Of a DNA stretch of 64,000 bases, positions 55,835 through 63,573 are shown piece by piece (position 1 is the stretch's first letter; each line of letters begins with the position of its first letter). The translations under genes were made by a program, and so were the position numbers. Origin of the DNA: Verrucomicrobiales bacterium (GTDB taxonomy: Bacteria > Verrucomicrobiota > Verrucomicrobiia > Limisphaerales > JAYPXF01); NCBI GenBank assembly GCA_002715965.1, contig PBAL01000085.1:905-64904 (forward strand), read 5' to 3'. Below the pieces are notes generated by a model that saw only the letters and a program-made list of their open reading frames with translations, was not told the DNA's origin and searched no databases.

Positions 55835-58684
55835 ATGATTCGCGGCAAACTCGGGTGGTTTATGCGAGCCCCAACGCTCATCGCGACTATTCTCGTGCTC
55901 ACTTCGTGTGAGCCGAACGCGGCCACGCACTGGGCGTATCAGACGATCGATCTCTCCGATCGAGACGGATCGATTGACACCTTCATTAACGAAGGATTGC
56001 GCGAACAGAACCTCAAAGCACAACCGCCCACGTCGGAAGACTATCTTCTACGACGCGTGCATCTGAACCTGACCGGACTCGCCCCAACGCTGCAAGAACG
56101 CCAAGAATTCCTGAGCAACGATTCACCCAAGGCGTACGAACAGGTTGTAGATAAGCTACTGGATAGCCCACACCACGGCGAGCGATGGGGACGCCATTGG
56201 ATGGACGTCTGGCGCTACAGCGACTGGTATGGATTGGGCAAACAACTCCGGGTGAGCCAGAAGCACATGTGGCGATGGCGGGACTGGATCGTGAATTCCC
56301 TCAATGCCGACAAGGGTTACGATCGCATGATCCAGGAAATGCTCGCCGGCGACGAATTAGATCCGGCAAATCAGGACGTGGTTGCTGGAACGGGCTTTCT
56401 GGCACGCAACTACTACCTCTTCAATCGGACGACCTGGCTTGACAACACGATTGAGCACACTGCGAAAGCCTTCCTGGGCATGACGATGAACTGCGTCAAG
56501 TGTCATGATCACAAATACGATCCGATCAAGCACGAGGACTACTACCGCTTTCGCGCAATCTTCGAACCTCACCATGTGCGCCTGGATGCCGTTGACGGAG
56601 GAGCCGATTTCGAGAAAGACGGTCTCCCCCGCGTATTCGACGATCACCCTGATGCGCTGACATACGTGCACTTGCAGGGCGACACAAAGACACCAGATAA
56701 GTCGCGACAGATTATGCCCGGTGTCCCTTCCCTGTTCACCGGTACAGGGTTTCGCCCAAAATCCATCACCCTGCCGGCATTTGCCTACGCACCGGGAACG
56801 CGAACATACGTAACCCGTCGCGCACTTGAAAAGGCCGAATCCGATGTCCGCGAGGCCAAAGAGAGATTGGCGAAATCCGAGCAGGCATTGGCACAATTCA
56901 TTCTTGGTGGGCCAAAAGCCACCACCTTCTTGGAGGACGATTTCAATGCGATGCGCGAAGACCTGTGGGATTCGCCAGGGAACGACTGGAAGTTCGAGGA
57001 TGGCAAACTGATTCGCCACACTCCAAACCGCTCCCGCAATCTCAGGGGAAAAATCACCCACCCGCGCGACATGGAGATTGTGTTTCGCTATCGCACAACC
57101 GGAGGAACGACCTACAAATCGATTGGAGTGAGATTTGACCTGAGCAAGGATGAAAAAAACTACAACCAAGTATACACCAGCGCGCATGCTCCGCAGCCCA
57201 AGTTGCAGATCTCGTATCAATTGGACGGGAGAACGTCTTATCCATCCGCCCGGGTATTCCGAAAGATCGAGATCGGCCATCTTTACGAAATGCGGATCCT
57301 GGTCCGCGATCGATTGATCAATGTGTTCCTCGACGGCGAATTCATGTTGGCCTACGAGCTGCCGCGTCGCCACGAGAACGGTGTCATTGAGCTCAGCTCC
57401 TTCGATGCCACCAGTGAATTTGATGCCTTTACCGTCCGCGAACTACCCGACTTCGTGACCCTGGCAAAGCCTGGTGCGAAGACCGGACCTGACGTCCCGA
57501 AGACACGCGAAGAACTCAACACTGCAATCGAGTTCGCGCAAATGGACGTGGAGCGTTTCGAACGCAAACAGCGCGCGATCGAAGCCCGCATAGCCGCGGA
57601 CTCCGCGCGAGTGACCTCAGCCTCTGACCGAATCGCAGCGTTCGAAGAAGCATACCGACTGGAGGCCGAAGCGGAGCAATTCGAAAACCGATACCTGTTG
57701 CAGAAATCCGGCGGGAAGGCAGATCCCAAGAAGGTGGCCGGCTACAAGAAGGCCATTGCGGACGCGAAGAAGCGGATCAGTGCGGGCGGAACGAACTACA
57801 CATCTCTGGCGGGAAGCTTGAAGGCCTTGGAAACGCCTGAACATAAGTTTGGCGACTATGCGGAGTTCTACTCCAGCAAAAGCACCGGACGTCGCCTGGC
57901 CCTGGCAAATTGGATCACCGATAAACGCAATCCACTCACTGCCCGAGTGGCGGTGAATCATATCTGGATGCGCCACTTTGGAACGCCCTTGGTGGAATCA
58001 GTTTTCGATTTTGGCTTCCGTGCAAAGCAACCGGTGCATCGAGATCTACTCGACTGGCTGGCCGCCGAGTTGATCAACAGCGATTGGAGCATGAAACACA
58101 TCCACAAGTTGATCGTGATGTCCGATGCCTGGCGTCGATCTTCATCAAACCTCGGCGCAGACGAACGAACCCGCACGACAGATTCCGCCAACAACTACTA
58201 CTGGCGGATGAATCCGCGCCGAATGGAATCACAACTCGTTCGTGACAACCTGCTCCATCTCAGCGGATCGCTCGATCGGACGATCGGAGGCATGGCGATC
58301 GCCGTAAACACCAAGAGCACGCGCCGAAGCATCTACTTCAGGCATAGCCGCGACGATATGCAGAAATTCCTGTCGATGTTCGACGACGCCGATTTCCTGC
58401 AATGCTATCGGCGATCTGAAAGCGTGGTGCCCCAACAAGCCTTGGCGCTCTCAAACAGTGCAGATGCATTGACGGCCGCGGAGCAGGTCGCTGAGCGGTT
58501 GGAAACAAAGGATGAATTCATCAAGTCTGTATTCGAACTCGTGCTCTCTCGCGAACCGGATCACTACGAGATTGCAGAGTGTGAATCGTTTCTTCGTGAG
58601 CTCGGTCAAGTCGACGTTGACAAAAAACGGGTGCGTTTGGTGCACGCGCTGTTGAACCACAACGATTTCGTGGTAATTCGGTGA
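55835..58684 (+). CDS. DUF1549 / DUF1553 protein lacking the cytochrome c head, with an inserted jelly-roll-like domain
   Basis: Lipoprotein-like signal ...IATILVLTSC. DUF1549: RRVHLNLTGLAPT. DUF1553: MNCVKCHDHKYDP. C-terminal LLNHNDFVVIR. No CxxCH occurs upstream of DUF1549. Start ambiguous (55772 TTG, 55835 or 55862). Confidence 0.8.
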   Translation: MIRGKLGWFMRAPTLIATILVLTSCEPNAATHWAYQTIDLSDRDGSIDTFINEGLREQNLKAQPPTSEDYLLRRVHLNLTGLAPTLQERQEFLSNDSPKAYEQVVDKLLDSPHHGERWGRHWMDVWRYSDWYGLGKQLRVSQKHMWRWRDWIVNSLNADKGYDRMIQEMLAGDELDPANQDVVAGTGFLARNYYLFNRTTWLDNTIEHTAKAFLGMTMNCVKCHDHKYDPIKHEDYYRFRAIFEPHHVRLDAVDGGADFEKDGLPRVFDDHPDALTYVHLQGDTKTPDKSRQIMPGVPSLFTGTGFRPKSITLPAFAYAPGTRTYVTRRALEKAESDVREAKERLAKSEQALAQFILGGPKATTFLEDDFNAMREDLWDSPGNDWKFEDGKLIRHTPNRSRNLRGKITHPRDMEIVFRYRTTGGTTYKSIGVRFDLSKDEKNYNQVYTSAHAPQPKLQISYQLDGRTSYPSARVFRKIEIGHLYEMRILVRDRLINVFLDGEFMLAYELPRRHENGVIELSSFDATSEFDAFTVRELPDFVTLAKPGAKTGPDVPKTREELNTAIEFAQMDVERFERKQRAIEARIAADSARVTSASDRIAAFEEAYRLEAEAEQFENRYLLQKSGGKADPKKVAGYKKAIADAKKRISAGGTNYTSLAGSLKALETPEHKFGDYAEFYSSKSTGRRLALANWITDKRNPLTARVAVNHIWMRHFGTPLVESVFDFGFRAKQPVHRDLLDWLAAELINSDWSMKHIHKLIVMSDAWRRSSSNLGADERTRTTDSANNYYWRMNPRRMESQLVRDNLLHLSGSLDRTIGGMAIAVNTKSTRRSIYFRHSRDDMQKFLSMFDDADFLQCYRRSESVVPQQALALSNSADALTAAEQVAERLETKDEFIKSVFELVLSREPDHYEIAECESFLRELGQVDVDKKRVRLVHALLNHNDFVVIR

Positions 58685-58721
58685 GGTTCGACACGTCCGA
58701 CCAGTCAGACTCGTCGGACAA

Positions 58722-59375
58722 TTACCCCTTCATCAAATGCCACGCAAAACCCTCGTTTACAAGGAACTCATACGCCCTCTCAGCATCTGCTGAAACCTCC
58801 TGCTCGATCTGAAAACCCAGCCTCGGATACTCCACTACCCGCTGAAAATCCCCCACCATGATCCCGATGACTTTCTCCATCGGAATTTCGTCGGTGCAAT
58901 AGTCTCCAAACGAAAGCTGCGGAGAGGTCACGCAGAGTTTCATCTCCGGCCATTGCTTGCGGATCGTGGCGAAGGTGCGTCGCTCCATGTAGGGCTTTTG
59001 GACGGCAATCACGGATTCTATCCGAAGATCCAGTTCGCGAATAATGCGTTGCGTGCAGATGACGTTCTCTCCGCAATTGGTCGACTGATTCTCCCGAATG
59101 ATCGCCGTTTCAGGCACGCCCAATTCCAACGCACGTTCAGCAAAGAGATCCGCCTCTGGCTTGTCGAAGACTCCGTCGGTGAAATTTCCAAATCCCCCGG
59201 AAAAGATGATTCGTGATGCGAGTTTCTGCTCAAGAAGTTCTACCGCCCGATCCGCCACGCGCAGGTCGTGACTGCACAGAACCCAGATTGCATCAGCGGA
59301 ATCAAGCGAATGGTTTACGTGATGAAAGTCCCAGATGACCTGGGCCGCAGTGCGGATTTCCGGCGTCAGTTCCAT
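58722..59375 (-). CDS. YdcF-family (DUF218) protein
   Basis: AIWVLCSHD...RIIFSGGFG...STNCGEN pattern of DUF218/YdcF. It starts 4 nt after the upstream stop. Confidence 0.75.
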   Translation of the reverse strand: MELTPEIRTAAQVIWDFHHVNHSLDSADAIWVLCSHDLRVADRAVELLEQKLASRIIFSGGFGNFTDGVFDKPEADLFAERALELGVPETAIIRENQSTNCGENVICTQRIIRELDLRIESVIAVQKPYMERRTFATIRKQWPEMKLCVTSPQLSFGDYCTDEIPMEKVIGIMVGDFQRVVEYPRLGFQIEQEVSADAERAYEFLVNEGFAWHLMKG

Positions 59376-59379
59376 TGCT

Positions 59380-60150
59380 TCAAATCTTACCAGCGGCTTT
59401 CATTTCTCGGGTAAGCTTTTGCACGTAGGCCGCCTTCGCTTTCTCATCGGCCTTCGCGGATTCGCCGAAGTAAACGAAGCCCAAGGCCTGGCGTGACCGT
59501 GTCTTGGATTGGTTCCCATCCGCACGATGAATGGTCATTGCGTGATGAACGAGGAGGTCGCCGGGATTCGCGGGACAGGAGACGGTTGCCGCTTCGTCCG
59601 CATCCGACCAATCTGCGATACCCTGACTGAATCCAAGCGTGGTCGTGCGTTGATGGGGGCGAATGCAGCGTTTGTGTGAGCCGGGGATGTATCGAACACA
59701 TCCATTCTCGGCGTCCACCTCCTCAAGGGCCAGCCACATCGTCACCGCGAGACAGGGTTCCAGCATGAAGTAGTATCCGTCCTGATGCGCCGGAGTGCCT
59801 TTGCCGATGCCCGCCGGTTTATTGAAGTATTGGAGATTCTGCGCAACAGCCCTGTCGCCGAGAAGCGCGGTGGCAAGATCTTCAAAGCCACCTCCCACCG
59901 TCAGCTTGCCAAAGAACGAATCGTAGCCATGGAGGTTCTGTAACTGCTTCAGCGTGCGACGATCCGCTTTGTCTTCGTAAAAGGCATGTTCGGGTGGCAG
60001 CGAAGGAACTCGATCGCGAATGAATCGTTCGAGGTTTTCGAGAACTTCACCGACTTCCGACTCCGAAAAAAATGACGAAAGCTGAACAAACCCGTCGCGA
60101 TCAAATCGGGTTCGGATATCAGATTGCTGCGCTTTCCAATCGAGTGACAT
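59380..60150 (-). CDS. Phytanoyl-CoA dioxygenase-family Fe(II)/2-oxoglutarate oxygenase
   Basis: DGFVQL..., the HQDGYYF facial-triad HxD, a distal H (VHHAMTIHRAD) and R. Confidence 0.8.
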   Translation of the reverse strand: MSLDWKAQQSDIRTRFDRDGFVQLSSFFSESEVGEVLENLERFIRDRVPSLPPEHAFYEDKADRRTLKQLQNLHGYDSFFGKLTVGGGFEDLATALLGDRAVAQNLQYFNKPAGIGKGTPAHQDGYYFMLEPCLAVTMWLALEEVDAENGCVRYIPGSHKRCIRPHQRTTTLGFSQGIADWSDADEAATVSCPANPGDLLVHHAMTIHRADGNQSKTRSRQALGFVYFGESAKADEKAKAAYVQKLTREMKAAGKI

Positions 60151-60332
60151 TGCACCTCATTCACGCTTCCCCGAAGCGAAATTGAAAGCGTAATTCGCTT
60201 TCGCATAAAGTTGAGTTTTCAGTCATCAATTCTTGAATTCCACCTGACTCTCCGCACCCTGATCTCGTGCCAAGTTGAAGAGCCATCCGGAGGTTTCTCC
60301 ATCTGCGCATCTGGCGTCCCTTGCGGAAACAG

Positions 60333-60773
60333 ATGACGCAAGGCACCTCCACACACGAATTGGCCCTGACTTGCGCGCTCGGAATCACGATCGGTTTGTT
60401 TCCGATTCTCGGTGTCAACTGCGGTATCGGACTGATCGTCGGGACTGCCATGGGCTTGAAACAAATCGTCATTCAAGCTGCGAACTGGGCGGTGGTCGGG
60501 TTGTAGGTGCCGATGATGCTGGTGTAGGTCCGCGTCGGTGAATTCATGCTGGGCGCAGAGCAGACACCGTTCTCCCCGATCGAACTGGTCTCGCAGTTCA
60601 AGAACTCCATCTCCGGCATTATCGCCAGATTCGGCACGGCGGTGATGCATGGAATACTGGCTTGGACGGTAACGGCGCCAATCCTAGTCGGCCTTGCTTA
60701 CCTCTGCCTGAAACCCTTTTTCACGACCGTCAATCGCAAGCGTGAATTAACGCAGGCCGCGAAGGCACAATGA
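60333..60773 (+). pseudogene. DUF2062-like membrane protein gene interrupted by two in-frame TAG codons
   Basis: ORFs 60321..60506 and 60546..60773 are in the same frame. TAG codons lie at 60504-60506 and 60525-60527. The joined translation ...GLFPILGVNCGIGLIVGTAMGLKQIVIQAANWAVVGL*VPMMLV*VRVGEFMLG... follows the DUF2062 pattern across the stops. Confidence 0.6.
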
Positions 60774-60781
60774 ATCGCCGA

Positions 60782-61780
60782 TCAACTGTGATCGTACGAA
60801 TGATTATGAGTTGAGCACTCACCTTCGGCGCCTTCCCCAACCTGGTGAATTTCACAGGCGCAATGAACCACGTTCAACCCGGCCGAAACAAACTGCTTGT
60901 AGTAGTCCGCAGACTTCGGATGCTCGGCAAGAACCACCAATTCCGCGGCATACAGGTCGGGACCGATTTGCCAGAGGTGCAGGTCCGTGACGCGCGCGCT
61001 CGTTTTCGATTCGATGGTCTTGATGATGGCGTCAATCTTGTTCGCAGACGTTTGCTCATCGAGCAATACGGCCGCGGTCGTTTTCATCAGCCCGATGGAC
61101 CAGCGGCTGACCAAGATTGCGCCGATGATCCCCATCAACGGATCCATCCAGATAATGCCATAGTACTTCGCAGCCAGGAGGGCAAAGATTGCGAGCAAGG
61201 ATGTCAATGCATCGGCAATCACATGGAGATAAGCCGCACGCAGGTTGTGATCTGATGAGTCGCCATCGTGGGAATGACCATGAGAATGCGAATGGCTGTG
61301 CGAATGTGAGTGACCGTGTCCATCACCGCCCCCACCGCCCAGAATCAATGCCGAAAGCGCATTCACAATCAAGCCGATCACGGCAACGGCGATGGCCTGA
61401 TTAAACGCAATTTCAACCGGATGAACCAGACGTTCCACACTTTCGTAGACCATCAGCAGCGCAAAAAGCGCGAGCAGAACCGCCCCGGTAAATCCTCCGA
61501 GTGAATTCACTTTGCCCGTGCCAAAACTGTAGCGCGGATCGCGGGAATGTTTGCGGGCGTAGATGTAGGCGAAAAGTGAAATGCCCAGCGCAGCAGCGTG
61601 GGAAGCCATGTGCAGACCGTCCGCCAAGAGGGCGATCGATCCATACGCAATCCCGGCAACAACCTCCACCACCATCATGGCAGCGGTGATTACGATGACC
61701 CAAAGCGTTCGTCGCTCCCCTTGGCGCGTGGCGTCCTGACCAAATACGTGGTCGTGTTTGAGGCGCTCGATATCGTCCAT
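60782..61780 (-). CDS. Cation diffusion facilitator (CDF) divalent-metal exporter (CzcD/ZitB-like) with His-rich loop
   Basis: TM1-2 motif VVEVVAGIAYGSIALLADGLHMASH, then HVIADALTS. His-rich loop GHGHSHSHSHSHSHGHSH. Start uncertain: ATG at 61780 (typical CDF N-terminus), but the frame stays open to a TTG at 62041. Confidence 0.85.
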   Translation of the reverse strand: MDDIERLKHDHVFGQDATRQGERRTLWVIVITAAMMVVEVVAGIAYGSIALLADGLHMASHAAALGISLFAYIYARKHSRDPRYSFGTGKVNSLGGFTGAVLLALFALLMVYESVERLVHPVEIAFNQAIAVAVIGLIVNALSALILGGGGGDGHGHSHSHSHSHSHGHSHDGDSSDHNLRAAYLHVIADALTSLLAIFALLAAKYYGIIWMDPLMGIIGAILVSRWSIGLMKTTAAVLLDEQTSANKIDAIIKTIESKTSARVTDLHLWQIGPDLYAAELVVLAEHPKSADYYKQFVSAGLNVVHCACEIHQVGEGAEGECSTHNHSYDHS

Positions 61781-62102
61781 GACTTTACCGGCAATCGCTT
61801 CCAATCGAGTGATTGCCTTGCACAGACGAAAAGTTAATCGATCCGACCGCCCGACCGCAAAGGAATCCTGTGCGACCGGGCGGAAATCGATTTCTTCACC
61901 GGGTCGTAGAAGATTGGGCGACTGAATCCCACGCACGTCCTGTGGTTGCACCAGGAAACCGCTGGTGATCAGATTCTGACGCTTCTCGATCAGCGGGCGA
62001 ATTCCTTCCGCCTGTTCTGCAGTGAGCGAAAGCTCAAGCAAACACCGGCAGAAGAAGTCGATTACATAAAGAATTGAAAAATTCGAGGGGAGAAAAAGAA
62101 GA

Positions 62103-62178
62103 TGGTGGGCCCAGCAGGATTTGAACCCGCGACCAAGCGATTATGAGTCGCCTGCTCTAACCGCTGAGCTATGGGCCC
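62103..62178 (-). tRNA. tRNA with anticodon CAT; probable tRNA-Ile2 (lysidine-modified) rather than elongator or initiator Met
   Basis: The reverse complement reads GGGCCCATAGCTCAGCGGTTAGAGCAGGCGACTCATAATCGCTTGGTCGCGGGTTCAAATCCTGCTGGGCCCACCA. It folds as a cloverleaf with a 7-bp acceptor stem and an encoded CCA. The anticodon arm GGCGACTCATAATCGCT plus variable loop match my recollection of E. coli ileX. Confidence 0.95.
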
Positions 62179-62255
62179 CCAGAGCGCGGATACCAATAGG
62201 TCAGGTCGGTCGGATAATCAAGCAGGCAAACGGCGGGGTCGTCCCGGACAACTCA

Positions 62256-62298
62256 TGAAAAAGCCCCAATCCGAAACACGGGGCTCAGACTGGGGCTT
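62256..62298 (-). terminator. Probable intrinsic terminator after the PQQ-like propeller gene
   Basis: On the minus strand, AAGCCCCA...(inner GCCCC-gtgtttcggatt-GGGGC)...TGGGGCTT is followed by TTTTT. Confidence 0.55.
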
Positions 62299-62345
62299 GG
62301 ATAATTAAGCTTCTTTGGAGCTTGTGGCTTGGAGTTTGATTCTTC

Positions 62346-63545
62346 TCAGCTTCCGATCTTCCATACCCGGCCATCGCTGCGAATGAACAAGGAATTCCGC
62401 GCGACGGACGGCGTGCCCAAGACAGTCTCGCCGAGATCCAGCGTGCTGATCACTTCGCCTTCCTCACCCTTGACGTCGATCACCTGCACAAGGCCCTCTT
62501 CATTGACCGCGTAGAGGAATCCGCCGGCAGCCACCGGGGTGGCGCTGAACTTCTTGCCTTTCATGCGGATCTGCCAGAGACGCTTGCCGCCGTTTATATC
62601 GCCACAGGTGAGAACGCCGATGCTGTTTACGGTAAATATGTTCTGTCCCATGACGACCGGGCTGGAGGTGCCTGGCTTGAGCTGACCGGAAACCCACAGC
62701 TCTTTCACGTCCTTGGTCTTGCTGCCAGGCTTCAATGCGGTGATGCCGTTGGCGGGGACGTAGAGGACACCGTCACCAGCGAAGGTGCTGGACGGAATGG
62801 TCGATGCACCACCACCGAAGTACCATACCTCTTCACCACTGCGCGGATTCAGGGCGTGGATTCCTTTGCTGGATTGGAGAATCGCAACGTATTTGCCATC
62901 GGATTTTGCGACGGTGGGCGAGGTCCAATTCGCGGCTTTGGGGCGATCGAGCTTCCAGCGGTTCACGCCCGTCTGGACGTTGATACCCGCGGCAAAGGAC
63001 TCACTGTCGTTCTCAACCTGAACCACGAGCGTGTCGCCGATGACGATGGGCGAACTCGACATACCGAGGCTGTTGCTCGCGTTGGGGTAATCGAGCGTCA
63101 GGCCACGGAGCCATTTCACGTTCCCGTCGTGGTCGAGGCAGATCAGGTCGTTCGAGCTATAGAGCACGTAGACCCGTTCGCCGTCACATACCGGTGTGGG
63201 AGCTGCCACACAGGTCTTCGGATGAGTCATTGTTCGGCCGGTCGCCCAGAATTGGCGTTCCCAGATCTGCTTGCCGGTATCGGCATTCAGGCAGATTACG
63301 TGCAGGCGTCTTTGGTCCGGTCCGCTTGCCGCACTGAGGAAAACCTTGTTGCCATAGACGATGGGGCTGGAAAGTCCGCGTCCGGGCAGATCGACCGACC
63401 AGCTGATGTTCTTCTTGTCTAGTTTGGTGGGGAGCTTGTCGCCACTGACAGAGGCGCCATCCAATCCACGAAACTGGGTCCAATTATCGGCCTGGATGGA
63501 AAGCGACAAGGCCAGGCTCAAGGCAAGTGTTGAACGTGTCTTCAT
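62346..63545 (-). CDS. PQQ-like (BamB-type) beta-propeller repeat protein, exported
   Basis: Signal peptide MKTRSTLALSLALSLSIQA. NWTQFRG..., repeated SSPIV/G..V.. blade motifs and DTGKQIW. ATG at 63543-63545 is preferred over 63662. Confidence 0.8.
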   Translation of the reverse strand: MKTRSTLALSLALSLSIQADNWTQFRGLDGASVSGDKLPTKLDKKNISWSVDLPGRGLSSPIVYGNKVFLSAASGPDQRRLHVICLNADTGKQIWERQFWATGRTMTHPKTCVAAPTPVCDGERVYVLYSSNDLICLDHDGNVKWLRGLTLDYPNASNSLGMSSSPIVIGDTLVVQVENDSESFAAGINVQTGVNRWKLDRPKAANWTSPTVAKSDGKYVAILQSSKGIHALNPRSGEEVWYFGGGASTIPSSTFAGDGVLYVPANGITALKPGSKTKDVKELWVSGQLKPGTSSPVVMGQNIFTVNSIGVLTCGDINGGKRLWQIRMKGKKFSATPVAAGGFLYAVNEEGLVQVIDVKGEEGEVISTLDLGETVLGTPSVARNSLFIRSDGRVWKIGS

Positions 63546-63573
63546 GATGAAAATATCCTTCGGTAGATTTTGA

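Noticed and set aside
60504-60527. Genome-wide reassignment of TAG (for example to an amino acid) as the explanation for the two in-frame TAGs.
   Set aside because: TAG terminates several well-defined genes in this same window exactly where the families normally end (1128-1130, 16614-16616, 19919-19921, 28868-28870, 39529-39531). Global recoding is therefore not supported; only local read-through or pseudogenisation remains.
61252-61341. The His/Ser repeat region and the various short palindromes as a possible CRISPR array or tandem DNA repeat.
   Set aside because: There are no regularly spaced identical direct repeats with unique spacers. The His-rich segment is in-frame coding sequence with diversified codons. 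No cas genes are present.
61781-62041. The N-terminal extension of the CDF gene as a MOSC-like or other fused domain (…RQNLITSGFLVQPQDV…LLRPGEEIDF…).
   Set aside because: The resemblance is limited to a few residues and the conserved Cys context is not evident. I kept it only as the alternative hypothesis within the leader finding.
62042-62345. The tRNA gene as an integration site of a genomic island covering the CDF / DUF2062 / PhyH / YdcF genes.
   Set aside because: No integrase, no direct repeat of the tRNA 3' end seen elsewhere in the window, and no marked compositional shift.
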